Assembly: GCA_000708835.1 (NCBI GenBank)
Contig: DF237380.1
Location: 1-64,000, forward strand
DNA: 64,000 nucleotides
Reading direction: 5' to 3'
Origin: Klebsormidium nitens
Lineage: Eukaryota; Plantae; Klebsormidiophyceae
Part shown: one piece after another, positions 24,483 to 37,300 of the stretch
How the letters are laid out: each line of letters opens with the position of its first letter
How positions within the stretch are numbered: the first letter of the stretch is position 1
Position numbers and translations under genes: made by a program
The notes under the pieces: generated by a model
Seen by the model: the letters and a program-made list of their open reading frames with translations, nothing else
Databases searched by the model: none
Told to the model about the DNA's origin: nothing

Positions 24483-26385
24483 CGCTTTCCTTACCCCCTG
24501 AAACGGGCGCTGAAATTCGGGTTGTGCTCAGCTGGGTTGATGCATTGGGAGGGGTTTTCTGGTGGGCACTTGTTGAGTGTGGGGAAGCGTAGCTGGGATT
24601 CGCTAGTGGGGGTGGGGGATTTCGTGTGATTTGGGGTTTAAAAAGAAAAGTGCAATTGTCCCAATTGGGCTGTGCTAACTAGCTGCAAAGGAGCTAGGGT
24701 GAAAGGGCCAGCGGCCATAGGATTTTCTGGTTGGACCTTTTGGATTTTCTGGTGAAGAGCGGGCCAGCTCATTTTAGGGTAACCACACTGCTGTTCTACT
24801 GAATTCAGCTCGTTATCCGTGTATAAGTTTATGCACTGAAGAGAGCCGCCCCATCTCCAGGGCAAATCTGAGCACTCCACTGCTTGATGAGCTAGGCCAG
24901 CCTGCCAGCAAAGAAAGAGCTGCAACCTGGTGGCTGCCGCGCAGCTATGCTTCAAAAGAGAAGCTCATTTGTCGTTGAAATGAGCACGGGCCAAATTACC
25001 ACGTCTGCTGCTTTCCATCGGCCCACCCAATGCAGCTCGTGTGTGGCAGCTCCTAGCTCAGCACTACATTTTAGGAGCTTCAGTCCCAGCTCCAGTCTAT
25101 GCGTCTGTTGTCTGTCAGCTTGCTTCGCAGCTCGCTCCTTGTCCCTCTTCCTGATTCGCTCCAAATTTGCATGTCTGTTTCATCTGTTGCTAACTTTGCT
25201 GCCTTAGTATATAGCACTGTAGCAGGCGCGAGCCGCGCGGCCGGCATGAGGCTAGCCTTAGTAGACGGTCACGACGGTACGGTAGCCGCTGACGGTCGGA
25301 CCCGTGAGGCGCCAAGGTCCGCGTTCTGACAGCTGCCATTTGCTGATGGAGGGTCCGTCATTGGCGGCGATGCAAGCGGCTGGGAGGGCGCGGGACTGCA
25401 CTTCAAATGTTGTCAGTTGTTCGCTGATGTCAGCTCAGTGCTACCCAGTATAGTACAAACCGTACAACGTTTACAGGTAAATAGGTAGGTACAGGTAATT
25501 ATTTCGAAATTTGAACCGTCTAACCGTCAATCTTCGTAACGTGACAATAAACGCGCGCGCACGAAGTCAGCCGTGGCCCGTTGATTGTTTTTGAGGCGCG
25601 CGCAAGCGCGGCGCATTCAGGCGCCCGTCGCTTCTGAATTTACGGAGACCGTCTACCACGCGGACTGCAACATCAACGTGAAAGACGATATCCGATGATC
25701 GAGACGGGGACAAGATGTCCAAACCTTTGATTTAAGTACGTTAATATGTAAGTTTGCATCTCAAGTACAAATAATTTCACAAAGGGCCTAGCCTTTCAAG
25801 CTTGATTGCATGGAGCTTGTATAGCGGTGGTTGCATGGCATGTAGGTACTACGGACGTTTTAGACGTGGGAGAATAGCTTATATGCTCTAGTAGGCAACT
25901 TAGCAACCGCATGAAGAACTGAGGAGCAGTAGAATTGATTACAACACCACATGTATAGCAACTGCATGAAGAAGGATCGCGGAAAGATTACAGGCAATGG
26001 ATACACCACATTTGTACGGTATGCCACTGGAAAAGCCTATTGCATATTGCATGCCTATTTGGGTGCATGGTGAAAACGACAAAAACCCATCGTCGATCAT
26101 GGAATCTGCCGCAATGCATGACACAATACGATAGCATACTATGCTGCTGTTACGCCGCCGATGCCATGAGCTAGAGCTCAGTAGGAGCTTTTCTGCAATA
26201 CCATGATATGTCTAGCCTGCATGTGCAATATTGAAAAGCAGCGCGCTATTGGCTGTGCGGATTTTTATGACTTCATAAGAACCATGTAACGCTGCCAAAA
26301 GATCCGCCTATTTGCGAACTCGGACTGGGTCCACTGAAGCTCCAATTCATTCCGTCGCCTTCTCCCTTCCGTGTCCACGATCACT

Positions 26386-29300
26386 CTACGCCAACTTTTT
26401 GAAAGAGATTCTCTCCAGCATCTCCTCAAGAGCATCAACGCAAAACTGGCAAAGCACTTCCGGATCTGGAACAACCTCCTTGATCGAACACGCGATGAAC
26501 TTGACCTTGCCCCGGTAGCTAACAAAATGAACGATGAGGCCTTGTGACGTGCCCACCACTGTGGGCGTGAGCGTGGTCACAGGGACGCCCGCCAGCGTCA
26601 CGGGCTCGGCAGGGCCTACCACGTTAGACAGCGAAATGGACGTTTGGACGATCGTACGTTTGGTCGCGAAAACGGCCGCCTGCAAAAATCGGGAAGAGCG
26701 TGAGGTCGCACGAGTGGCTTCCTTTGGTCGTCCGATGGGTTCGTCCTCTTCTTGATGTGCGGGTTCTCTCTGCTATTCTGTCCGCTGTCGTCTGAGAAAG
26801 AAGCAGCTGAGAGGTAGACTAGACGGGACTTGCAATCTACTCGAGACTGTGGACTACGACTTACTGGGCGGTTTGCAGATCAAGACAGAGCGGGTTTGCA
26901 TTCGTTGCCCAATAAGCATTGACTCTTGACCCAGTCTCCTACAGCGCTTTGAACATCATACCGCGAGGAGGAGGAAGAACGAAGTCCGAATCGGACCCCA
27001 AACTATGCTCAGCTACTTCGCAGGCTCTCTACATCGGAGAGGGAAGTATTCACTCGCAACCAAGATTACCAAAGTGTTCCCTGAGACGTCTGGAAACAGA
27101 CCACACAATCCTGAATATCCTGCCAGGAATAGCCAACCCGGTGAACTCTTCTGCTTCCGTCACACTCCTCCTAAGATCCCCTTTCTGTATGCAGCTCGCA
27201 AAAGCGGAATAGGACCTACCGAGGGGCCGAAACTGTTTAGGATCTGGACGCCGTTCCACGCCGTGAACCACGCCTCGATGGAGTTCTTTGCCATCGCCGT
27301 CTCGCGTCGCACCATCCGGACACGCACCAACGGGTCGCGGACCTGCAGCCGGACGTCAGCGGACGTTAGCGGCCGAAAAATCGGCCACAGTGAATGGGAG
27401 GGCCGGTCGTCTCGGTTCACATTGAGCGAAGAGACAGTCCTTTCTGCTTCGAGAGATATCTTCCTGCAGCCGGACGTCAGCGGAAGCCAGCGAACATGAG
27501 CCGAGTATCAGCGGCCAACCTGTGAGAAGACCGGTCGTTATGAATGGCCACAGAGAAACTATTGCAATTCGCTTGGAGGCTACTCCTGCAGCCAGACGTC
27601 AGTAGACGCCGGCGGACGTCAGCAGACGGTCAGTTGGCAGGAGCTATTAGAAAATCGGTCGTTCTGACTTAGAGGATCTGATGATCTCTAATCCACCTTT
27701 GGAAAAGGTGGACCTGCACCCGGACGTCCGTGGACGGTCGGTTCACCTCGGTCTAACGGAGGACCCGGAGCAGGACGTTCGGAAAGGGCCAGCGATTGCT
27801 TTCGTCAGACCTGAGTTATCTAGCTTAACGTAAAAGAGGCTCCAACAATCATCCAACGTAATCGGTACTTCTGGGCAGATGTAGGTCTAGCTGCTCAGCA
27901 TATTTACAACGTAAACTCCCGCGCCTGGAAAGCGAGCCGCCCCGCAAACACCGCGGACAGCGGAGTTCGAAGAGCGTCCAGTTGGAGAACAAAGGGAAGC
28001 AGAATGAAGAACAAGTTTGGAGCCTGGGTTTCGCAAACCAGAAAACTCCTGACCCGGGACCTTCAGCTTCTCAGGCCCCAATTCGTTCCCCCAGCAAATA
28101 GAAACCTATAACAGGAAATGTCTTCCAATCCGACGGTTACAAACACTTGCAAACCCCAAAGTTTCGAAAGTTTGAAATGCCACGATCTTTTGACCACCTT
28201 CAAGAGGATCACGCACCTGATTCACCGGCAGGGGTAGCAAGACATACCCCATCTCATTCCCCCAGACAACAGAAGAACCTTGCACACCGGTGTTATCCTC
28301 CAACTGGCAACTTTTCGAGTCTCGGAAGTCTACACACTTGTTACAAACGACCTGAGAAAAGTCCCAAGAACGCACCTGGTCCACCGGCAGGGGCAGCATG
28401 ACATACCCCATCTCGTTCCCCCACCGCGCCTGCGACCCGCCCCGCATCATCGCGTCTAACTCCTGCACCCCGGGGGACTTCCGAATGTTCACGAGCGCCA
28501 AAGCTCGCACTCGCAACCTCTTAGGCACGTACCACCGTTTTCGCGTCTCTCCCCCCCCCTCCTCGGCGGGCTTTTCGTCCCCCTGTTTCGAGGGGCTGTA
28601 ACTGCTGCTCGGAAGCTCTCCGTCAGGCTCCCCCGAATCGGTGGGAAGGGCTTCCGAGGGAAGGCGCGAGGCGAGGCGGTCGGAGAGGGCCTGTGCGCGG
28701 GCGGCGAGGCCGTCGACGTCAGCGGTGACGTCAGCCGGGTCGTCGTTGGTCTCTCGCGCCTTGAAATACCTGTGGGGAGGAGTCTCTTGAGAATGTCGCT
28801 AGGAGAAATGAAGCAAAGCCATCGTATATTCCGCTTTCTGGCGCTCTGCTCAGTTAAAAGAAACCGCATCAGAAACCGAACGACATGATTAATGAGTGGT
28901 TTGTGAGAAACCGTCAGTACGTACAGCCAGCAGTGGGCAAAGGGCTCGTCAAACCCGTTATGCCCCTGCGAAGTTAGCACTGCCCCAGGTCTCAAATTGC
29001 TGTTACTGCTGGAATATGGGGCTGTCAAGTAGTCAGTGTATCGGAGAGGAAAGGGGGCAGCTCCGAAAAGCATAAGCCGGCCTTTGCACTATTGATTTGT
29101 CTCGTTTTGCTAGTGTTTGCAAAAACCCTCCGGATCCTCCTACTCTTAATAGCTTGCGTACAAAACGACCTTTTTGAGGAGAGTGCCAGGAATCGGGCAG
29201 AGGGGCTCAGTCTTTAGCGTATAAAACAATATCCTCTTCCTCGAGACAGTCTTTCCCAACGTTTATATCGGTCGCACGCCCCCTCAATCCTCACCTGTTG

Positions 29301-30804
29301 AGCCCCCCCCCTAGGCACGCCACCAACACATCATTTGCGGTTGCGCCCCCCCCCACAGCCCGCGCCACCGCCTTCACGTCCGCCAACGCCACTTCGCAAC
29401 TGCTCGCGAGCACCTTCTCGCAGTGCTGCATCCCGTCTCTCGCTTTCACGGGGGTCTCCGAGTCGCGCACTACGGCCGTCATCGCCACGAACCGCCAGAT
29501 GAGCACAAGCGAGTTCCAGAAGATAATTAGAAACCTCAGCAGTGCCCGGAGCAGTCTCATCACGAGGGGGGCGTCGCTCTTCTGCGCAGCGGGCCGGGGG
29601 TTGGCCCCCGGGATCGAGGGGAGCGCCCGCGCATCCCCGGACTGGCGTGTGGCGGCAATCAGGAGCGCGATAAGTGATGTGCCGTCGCCCAGGCTATGGT
29701 GGATCCTGAGAACTAGGCTGGCGGGACGGCGCGCTCCGGGGGGGTGCGTTAGCAGGTGCGCTTGCCAAAGAGGGTAGCGGGGGTCGAGGGGGTGCGTCGT
29801 GGCCAGCTTTGCGGTGTAGTGCTCTGCGGGGTCGACGGAGGGGTCAGCGAGGCCGACCTCCGAGGGGGCTTCGAAGACGTGGCGAGAGAGGTCCACTTCC
29901 ACGGGGCACCACTCGGGGGCGCGGAAGCGGCCGCCCGGCTTCTGCATTCGCAGAGGACGGGACTGTTATGAAGGAACTTTGTAGCACCCAGGCTAGCCGC
30001 AGTCGTGCTGCGATTCCTAGGAAGGGGGGAGACATGTGAGCTACCAAAGAAGTGTCAAATAAAACGTTATGGCGGTTCTGCAGTTAGAGGGGGGAAGGAA
30101 GGCGAAGAAAAGCTTTCCTACCAATGACATGATGACAGGTCAGCTGCTTAACTTCATTCGAGATGGAGTAAAAAGAAGCGGGGAACACTTGATATATGTA
30201 GCCATGGAGGGAGCGCCTAACTTTCAGTTTGTTCTGGTGGGACTCTGTCAACCTGATCTCGCTTTTGTAAGGGCACTTCCACACAATTGACCATGTGCTT
30301 AATGACGTAGACGTCGCTTGATTGCCAGAGCCTATCCAACGCAATTGCAGCCAACTTTTTCACCTCATTGCTCCTCGCCAGCCTCGTCAATCTAAACCTT
30401 GATTTCTGCAGGGTATCGATTGGGACCCTGTACCTGGGACTTCAAGGTATGACATCTGTCCTGAATTGAAGCACCAACCCTTGAGCACTCACCATGATAC
30501 TGTGGAAGCGCCTGTGCTTCACCAGCGTCCCCCGCAAAAACTCCTGCATGTGCTGCAACCCCGGTTTCTCCGCCAGTCCCACAACGCACAGAATCACAAC
30601 ATTCATGTCCGGCTGCGAGAAGGCTTGCCCGACAGGCGTCACAGGGCTCGTAGGCTCGTCATCAGCAGGCGTAAACTTCACTGCAGGGCCAGGCTCTGTA
30701 CGATTCTCGCCGGTCTTCAGCGGCCTCAGCCTCAGAGAAGCGGCCTTGGCCAGCTGTTTAATCCCATCGACCTCGCGCGAATGACTCTGAGTGGGTTCCT
30801 CCAT
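26386..30804 (-). CDS. Wax ester synthase / diacylglycerol acyltransferase (WS/DGAT, plant WSD1 family)
   Basis: Exons ~30804-30493, ~29941-29294, ~28770-28376, 27342-~27220, ~26680-26386. Catalytic HHSLGDG at 29681-29701, LDPRYPLWQAHL, ATANDVL, VNIR...WGNEMGYVMLPL, and C-terminal SNVVGP..VTLAG...SYRGKV. An upstream exon cannot be excluded. Confidence 0.9.
27340..28440 (-). repeat. Splice-junction echo repeats inside the WS/DGAT intron 27343-28375
   Basis: Acceptor-side copies of cctgcagccggacgtc at ~27463, ~27585 and ~27713. Donor-side copies of the exon end at 28201-28267 and ~28075-28095. Confidence 0.8.
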
Positions 30805-31309
30805 TCCACCTGCGTCAATTCTCTGCCTCAAGCCTGGAAACGTCTCTCCCAACAAAAGCATGCACTGGACAAGCTTTGAAAGCTGCTTTCAAAAGACCAT
30901 CTGCTCCAGACATCCGGCACGCATTGCTGCACAAGTGTACCTACACTGACAGTGACAATTGGCAATTGCCCCACCTGGAGGTCCTTTTAAGTTTTAGAAG
31001 GTGCAGGTGTATTATTCGCAGGTTAAGAAGTTTTACAAGCACAACCTTATTAAGTATTGGCTGCCCACTACAGTACGTAGTAGTGTTGGCTGAGTACTAG
31101 TTCTTCAGATTGTCAAACCTAAACCCATCCTTTAACCCATCCCTAAAACGGTTCAACTTCTTTCACATGGAACGATGCTGTACATAGTTAAGAATCAAAC
31201 TTCAAAGAGAACAGAAGGAAAGTTGGGGAGGGAAAATGCAGCATTGCACCTGTAACGCCCTGTACTGAAGGGGCAGGCTAGGTACTCAAGGTGCAAGCCG
31301 TCCATTCCA

Positions 31310-34300
31310 ATGGCGTTAGCGCGTGCACACATACGCGTCCACTCCCAAACCGCCAGATGTGTGACCACCTTCCAGAGGCAGCGGCAGCATCTGCTCCAAG
31401 AACCACTCCATACTTTGAGCAGCAGAGACCTGCGTGTGCTGACAAGTGGCAGCTCGCCATTCGTTGGCATGGCCCAAAGGCCCCAGCTACTGAAAAAATG
31501 CTTGGAAGCCCAGCCTGTCTTTCAGAAGAGATGTCGAGCGATGGCGACGAGCGCCTCGAATGCTGACGTCACCACCGGATCCATCAAGCAACTACAGGGA
31601 GACCTGCGCTCGGGCGCCAGATCAGCAGTGGAAGTGGCCAAGGAGTATCTGGAGCGGGTGGCAAAAACGGAGCCGTCCGTCAGAAGTTTCCTCCATGTTG
31701 CGGAGGAGTCTGCTTTGGAGCAGGCGGCCGCAATTGATAGAGCGATTGAGGGTGGGAAGGCACTGGGGCCGCTAGCAGGGGTCCCCATCGGTGTCAAGGT
31801 CAGCGTCTCGCTTAAGGAAGTTGGATCTTGGTCAAAACCTCTGGATCGGTGCTACCAGTTTGTCAAAAGCTTAATGGTTTCAATCCACGATGCAAGTGGT
31901 GGTATGGTTCAGAATGCCAAAATTAGGCAACAACAGACCAGTCCAGTAATCTTACAGGAGTACTCTCAACAGGCATCCTGAAGGTGGCCAGACCGGGCCA
32001 GATCATTGATGAGAGAGAATGTACACTTGTTGCAGCTTCTACTTCACTTGCCTTTCCAGGACTTCTTACAATCTTGCAGGAAAAATCTTCTTGCTTGCCA
32101 CCACTACCACCAAGAAGGCACGATGCAGGCCCTGCAGCCGGTCAAGTTTTGTTGCTTGGTCAGCTTTCTTTTTCCCCCCAAACAAAGCTCTGATTGACCG
32201 AGTCTCTATATTCACGCACTCAGACATTGGTCTGAATGCAACCTCGTCCTCCAAAGCGAAAGTACAGTATGCTTCAATCAGACATCAGGAAGGATAACTT
32301 GTGCATAGTTATGTACTTCTATCAACCTAGTATCTCCTGATTTGTAGCACCCCCTTTCCAGGACAACATCTGCACAAAGGGCCTCCCCAGCACAGGGGGC
32401 TCCCGCATCCTGGAAAACTTTACCCCCCCCTACGATGCCACCGCTATCGCTCGGCTCAAGGCCGCGGGAGCCGTCATTATCGGTAAGATGAACTGCGACG
32501 AGTTTGGCATGGGCAGCAGTACTGAGAATTCGGGTTACCACATAACTGCCAACCCCTGGGACTTAACCCGTGTTCCCGGGGGGTCTTCCGGGGGTTCGGC
32601 GGCGGGCGTAGCGGCGGGACAGGTGATGGCATCGCTGGGGAGCGACACGGGGGGGAGCATCCGGCAGCCAGCGAGCTTCTGCGGGGTGAGATGTCTAGCC
32701 TGCTGAATTCTACCTGTCAGGATGAGCTGGCGGCCTAGGTTAAGTCTAAAAGCAAGGTCTTCAAAGTGCAAAAGTGCATGACGAAATGATTTCGGTAGTG
32801 AGCACGTTCCACAATGTCAGACGCGCATCTCCTGACGCATCCCATTTTTTAATCGGCTCAAGTTCACTCTCGATCAAGCCTTGTGTAAGGAGGTCGTTTG
32901 AAAGACCACGTGCAGATACCCAAACTCTACCTATTGTTTCACCAAGCACGAAAATCAGTCGTGCAGAATCGGAGTCTTCTTGACTTAGTGCCCCTGCTCT
33001 TGACACCGGCATTTGCCTCCCAGGTTGTCGGTCTGAAGCCCACATACGGGCTGGTGTCACGATATGGGCTGATGGCTTATGCGTCCTCCCTCGACTGCAT
33101 CGGGCCGCTTGCGAACAGTGTTGAGGATGCAGCCATCGTTTTGGGGGCCATGGCGGGGCATGATGAGGCGGATTCGACCAGCGAAAAACAGGTTGGTCAG
33201 CTGCTTGCCGGCTCTGTCTAACTTAACCCTGGGCGAGTCAGAGCTTTTGCTCGTTGCCAGTGTATGTGTGGTATCAGGACCTTGCAAAGACATTTCTACG
33301 AATTTTACGAAGCCTGAGTACGTGTGGTACGTTCTATTGCTATCTAGAAGGAGCCGTTTCGTTTTCGAGAAGAAAGACCCCGTCCCAAATGGCGTACGAC
33401 CAGCCTCGAATGAGAGTCCGTTTGCAGCCACAGTGTGCTTTTGAATCGAGTGGAAGCCTTCGAGTTCGAGCATCTTTACCGCGACTTCTCGATTTCGAAC
33501 TTTCAATGCGGCTTGTGTTCCTCAGCAGTCTTTTCCAGAAACGGACGCCAAGTCTTGTACGTTTACAGATTCATCTGCTGCGTCCATAAATGACAAGAAC
33601 GCCCCACTTCCTCATAGGCACACTCTCTGCAGACTGCGACTGGTCTTTCATTTTTGCTTTTCTGGTCTCCACGAAGGCTCCTTCTCGAGTTGCCAAGACT
33701 TGCGTCAGACGTGCGCTACCCCAAAAATAATACTTCCAATCCACCTTTCTAGGAAGAGAAGTCCAAATACTTCATTTCTTTGATACACCAAGGCGCCATA
33801 CGACCCTCCTCGGCCCAGCTCCCGAATGCTTCCCCTCTAGATCATCCCAACCTTTTTGACATCCTGACTTTCTCCCACTTGGCAGGAGGTATTGACTTAT
33901 TTCTTGAATATATATGGCGCCTTCGACATTTCTATGCGCCATTCCTATGCCCAGGTGCCGCAATGTTCCACTTATGCAGGAAGTGCCTGACTACACCGCC
34001 AATTTCCGCCCGGCCAGAAGCTTGATAGCCGGCCCCGCACTGGTGTGCGCCGAGGACTTATTCCTCAGGCAGTGCGTAAAACCCTCCACATTTCGATTCC
34101 CAACTTTTCTCATCCTCATCTCGCCAATCTCTTCGAAATTTGCAGAAAGTTCCCGACTACACCGCCAATCTCCGCCCGGCCAGCGAGCTCGACAGCCGGC
34201 CCCTCGCAGGTGTGCGCTTGGGGCTCATCTCGGAAACGATGGGGGAGGGGGTGGATCCGGGAGTGGTTACCGCAATCCAAGCTGCCGCGGCGCACTACGA

Positions 34301-37300
34301 GCAACTCGGGGCCGTTGTTGAGGAGGTGGGTCTCGCGTGCCTCTTTCTGAAATACAGTGGCCAAGAACAAGGACTGCAGAAATTGCTACAACCCTTGCCC
34401 TCACAAACAGAGATCAAGCTTACAGCAATGATCTCTGCTTCATCAATATCGTTCGGGGAACCTCCAGAGAAAAAGCCCTTTCTGTTTCAGAATGCACTGA
34501 CGTCGTCGCGTTGTTGACTGTGCCAGGTGTTGCTTCCTTTTTCCGGCAGGGGCTTTCCTGGATGCTGACGTCAGCAACGCTTTTCCACTGTGCCAGGTGT
34601 CGCTCCCGTCTTTCCGGCAAGGGTTGCCCGCCTATTACGTGCTGGCACCGTCGGAGGCCTCGTCGAACCTCTCACGATACGACGGAGTCAGGTGAGATCA
34701 GCTCAGTACCTCACAACGCACTGAGCGAACGTTCTCACCTGTTCCTCACAGCTCCCTGCTTGAAGACGTGTTGCCCCCTAGCTTTTCTGCTGAAGCGCTT
34801 CAGATGAACAGGGGATGGGGTTACGGTGTGCAGAGAACGCACACAGGATGAGGATCTCTTGACGCCGTTCGTGAAACGCAACGCCTCGCCGAGGCCCGAG
34901 CTTGGGAGCCAGTGGCTTCGAAAGCTTGGGCTGAGAGTACCGCAGATGCATCCAATGTGTCGCCTGGATCCACCCAATTTTGTGCCCTCGTCGCTTTGTC
35001 CAACTGTCCAGAGACCTGTGGAACTTCGCAGTTGGTGCACTTTCGCGTCACATGATGCGAGCTGGTCTTGGGGTTCGCTAATGCATCTGTTAAAGCAGGT
35101 TGCAGAAATGTACGCCGAAATTGCAGCATCTCACACGAGAGCCTGACCTCTGAATCTGGTGATGGACACGTGGTCTTCGGCGGCAGGTACGGTCTGCGAG
35201 TGGAGGGCGACGAGCTGACGTCAATGTACGGAAAGACGCGCGACCAGGGGTTCGGCGCGGAGGTCAAGCGGCGGATCCTGATGGGCACGTACGCGCTCTC
35301 GGCAGGGTACTACGACGCGTTCTACAAGCGAGCGCAGCAGGTGAGCCGGCGGGCGGAGCGCCTGTGACCAGAGTTTCGGCCTTTTAGCTTTTGGGGTTTT
35401 GCAGTCCTGAGGGAAGTTATTTTTTTGGCAGCCCTCTGGAGGGACCCTTGTTTTCCCAGGATTAGTACATATGGAGAACGGGACCTGCCGGTTCTTGACG
35501 TCTCCCCACATCGGGCGTTTCATGCCCAATTCAAGAGAGCCCAGATCGTCCAAGCTAAGCACGCTTGTAACAGTGCGTGCCTGATGAGCCACTCGGTTCT
35601 CGTGCTCTCTTTTATCCGGTTCTGAGAGATCGATCGGGAGGTCCACTCCGGCTCTGGTGAAAGTGCCCGCTCGGGGTTGACTTTCTGAATTGGTGCGTCG
35701 AGGAACTTTGTTGTAGAACGTGGTACGTCGTAGATCGGGGACCAAAGTGGGAGGAGAAGGCTCCGTGACCGGCAATTTGGAATTCTGTGTAGCCGCGTTT
35801 TTGGACAAAACTTTAGGATGAATGTCAGGATTCGACTGAGTCAAAGTTCGTCTTGGCGGCAGGTTCGACTGCAGTACAGCTGTTTGCGTCCAAATTGCCA
35901 CCTTTACCTCCAGTCGGAAACCTTTGACACGATCTTAGACCGTCCGATCAGCAGAAGCTGGCCATCCGGACTGCCTAAGATCGTAACCGGCGAACCTCGC
36001 AGCTTTCGAGGGTGCAGATTTTCATGCAAACAGCTGTCCCTGAAGTACCCGGTTCTGCGGTCAGGCTCAGCCCGGCACGGCCCCTAAAGTGGGTCTCTGC
36101 TCTTTCACCTTCATCATAGACGGCTTTGGCCAGAGTAGGGGTTCGACTTTGACTGTTGATTGCAGGGAAGATTACAAGGCGGGCGTTCGGGAGTCCTCTG
36201 CGAAGCCCGCGTTCCCGGACGCGCGAGTTCAGCACAGAAGAGTACGTCGGCAAACAAACCGGCAGAAAGACGATATGTGTCCTCGCCTCAGAAGCTTTTG
36301 CGCTGCCCCGCAGGTCCGAACGCTGATACAGAGAGACTTCCAGTCCGTCCTGTCAAAGTACGATGCGCTGCTGTCACCCACGGTGCCCACAACTGCCTAC
36401 CAAATAGGTGAGCCATCACATATTGGGGCCTTGCTCTCGCGGCGGCCTCGCTTCGCGAGGTTTTCTCGATTATGGCCGCCTCGCCCAAGACTCGATCCAG
36501 GCTGTTCTTGGAATCGAGGCCGTCCGATGCTTTAGAGTGGGCAGTCTAACGGCACAGATTTGCAACTGGTGGAGGTCGAAGTCGTGTCGAGTGGCCCACT
36601 TTCACAAAACCTGCAGAGAAAGGAAGTTGCAGCTCCTGCAACGTGTCAGGCTTTCGGTGTCCTCTTTTGGGGCATGTATCACTGATGCGGCCGACTCGGC
36701 ACGACTTGACGGGAAGCTTGCTTTGTTCAAATCCGGTCAAGTTGACACCGTCCAGTCTGGACTCTGCGTGAAATTCAAGCGGATGTGAGATACCTTCACA
36801 CAGAGACACGTCTTTAGCAGTCGGTCGGAAGCTGCCTTGGCGACCCGTCGACCGCAATCAGAGTTTGATAGTCGCCTTGCCATGCAGGAGAGAAAACGGA
36901 GGACCCGCTTTCTATGTACGTGGGGGACATCATGACCGTGAGTTGATTGACCCCCCTTTCGAGGAGTGTTTGCACTGTGAAACGTGTATGTACAATTTCT
37001 CCACAGCATAGGTGCCGATACCGTCGATTTGACTGGGCGTCCTGAAACACTCCAAATGAAGGCGGTTTTCACCGCGCTCCGTTTCAGTGCCAACTACAGT
37101 CTCCAAGGCTAACTCCACCTTAACCCGCGATTGACGTTATCATCGGGTAAAGTTCGAGCAGACCTCTTGGTACTTGAGAACCGTTGCAAAGAAAAGAGGC
37201 AGAACACAGTCGATTCTCGGACGGAGTCGATAACATTGACCATACTAAGTTTATGTAGTCGGCTTCAGCCCTTAGGAACTGCGAGTCACTCTGAGGGTGC

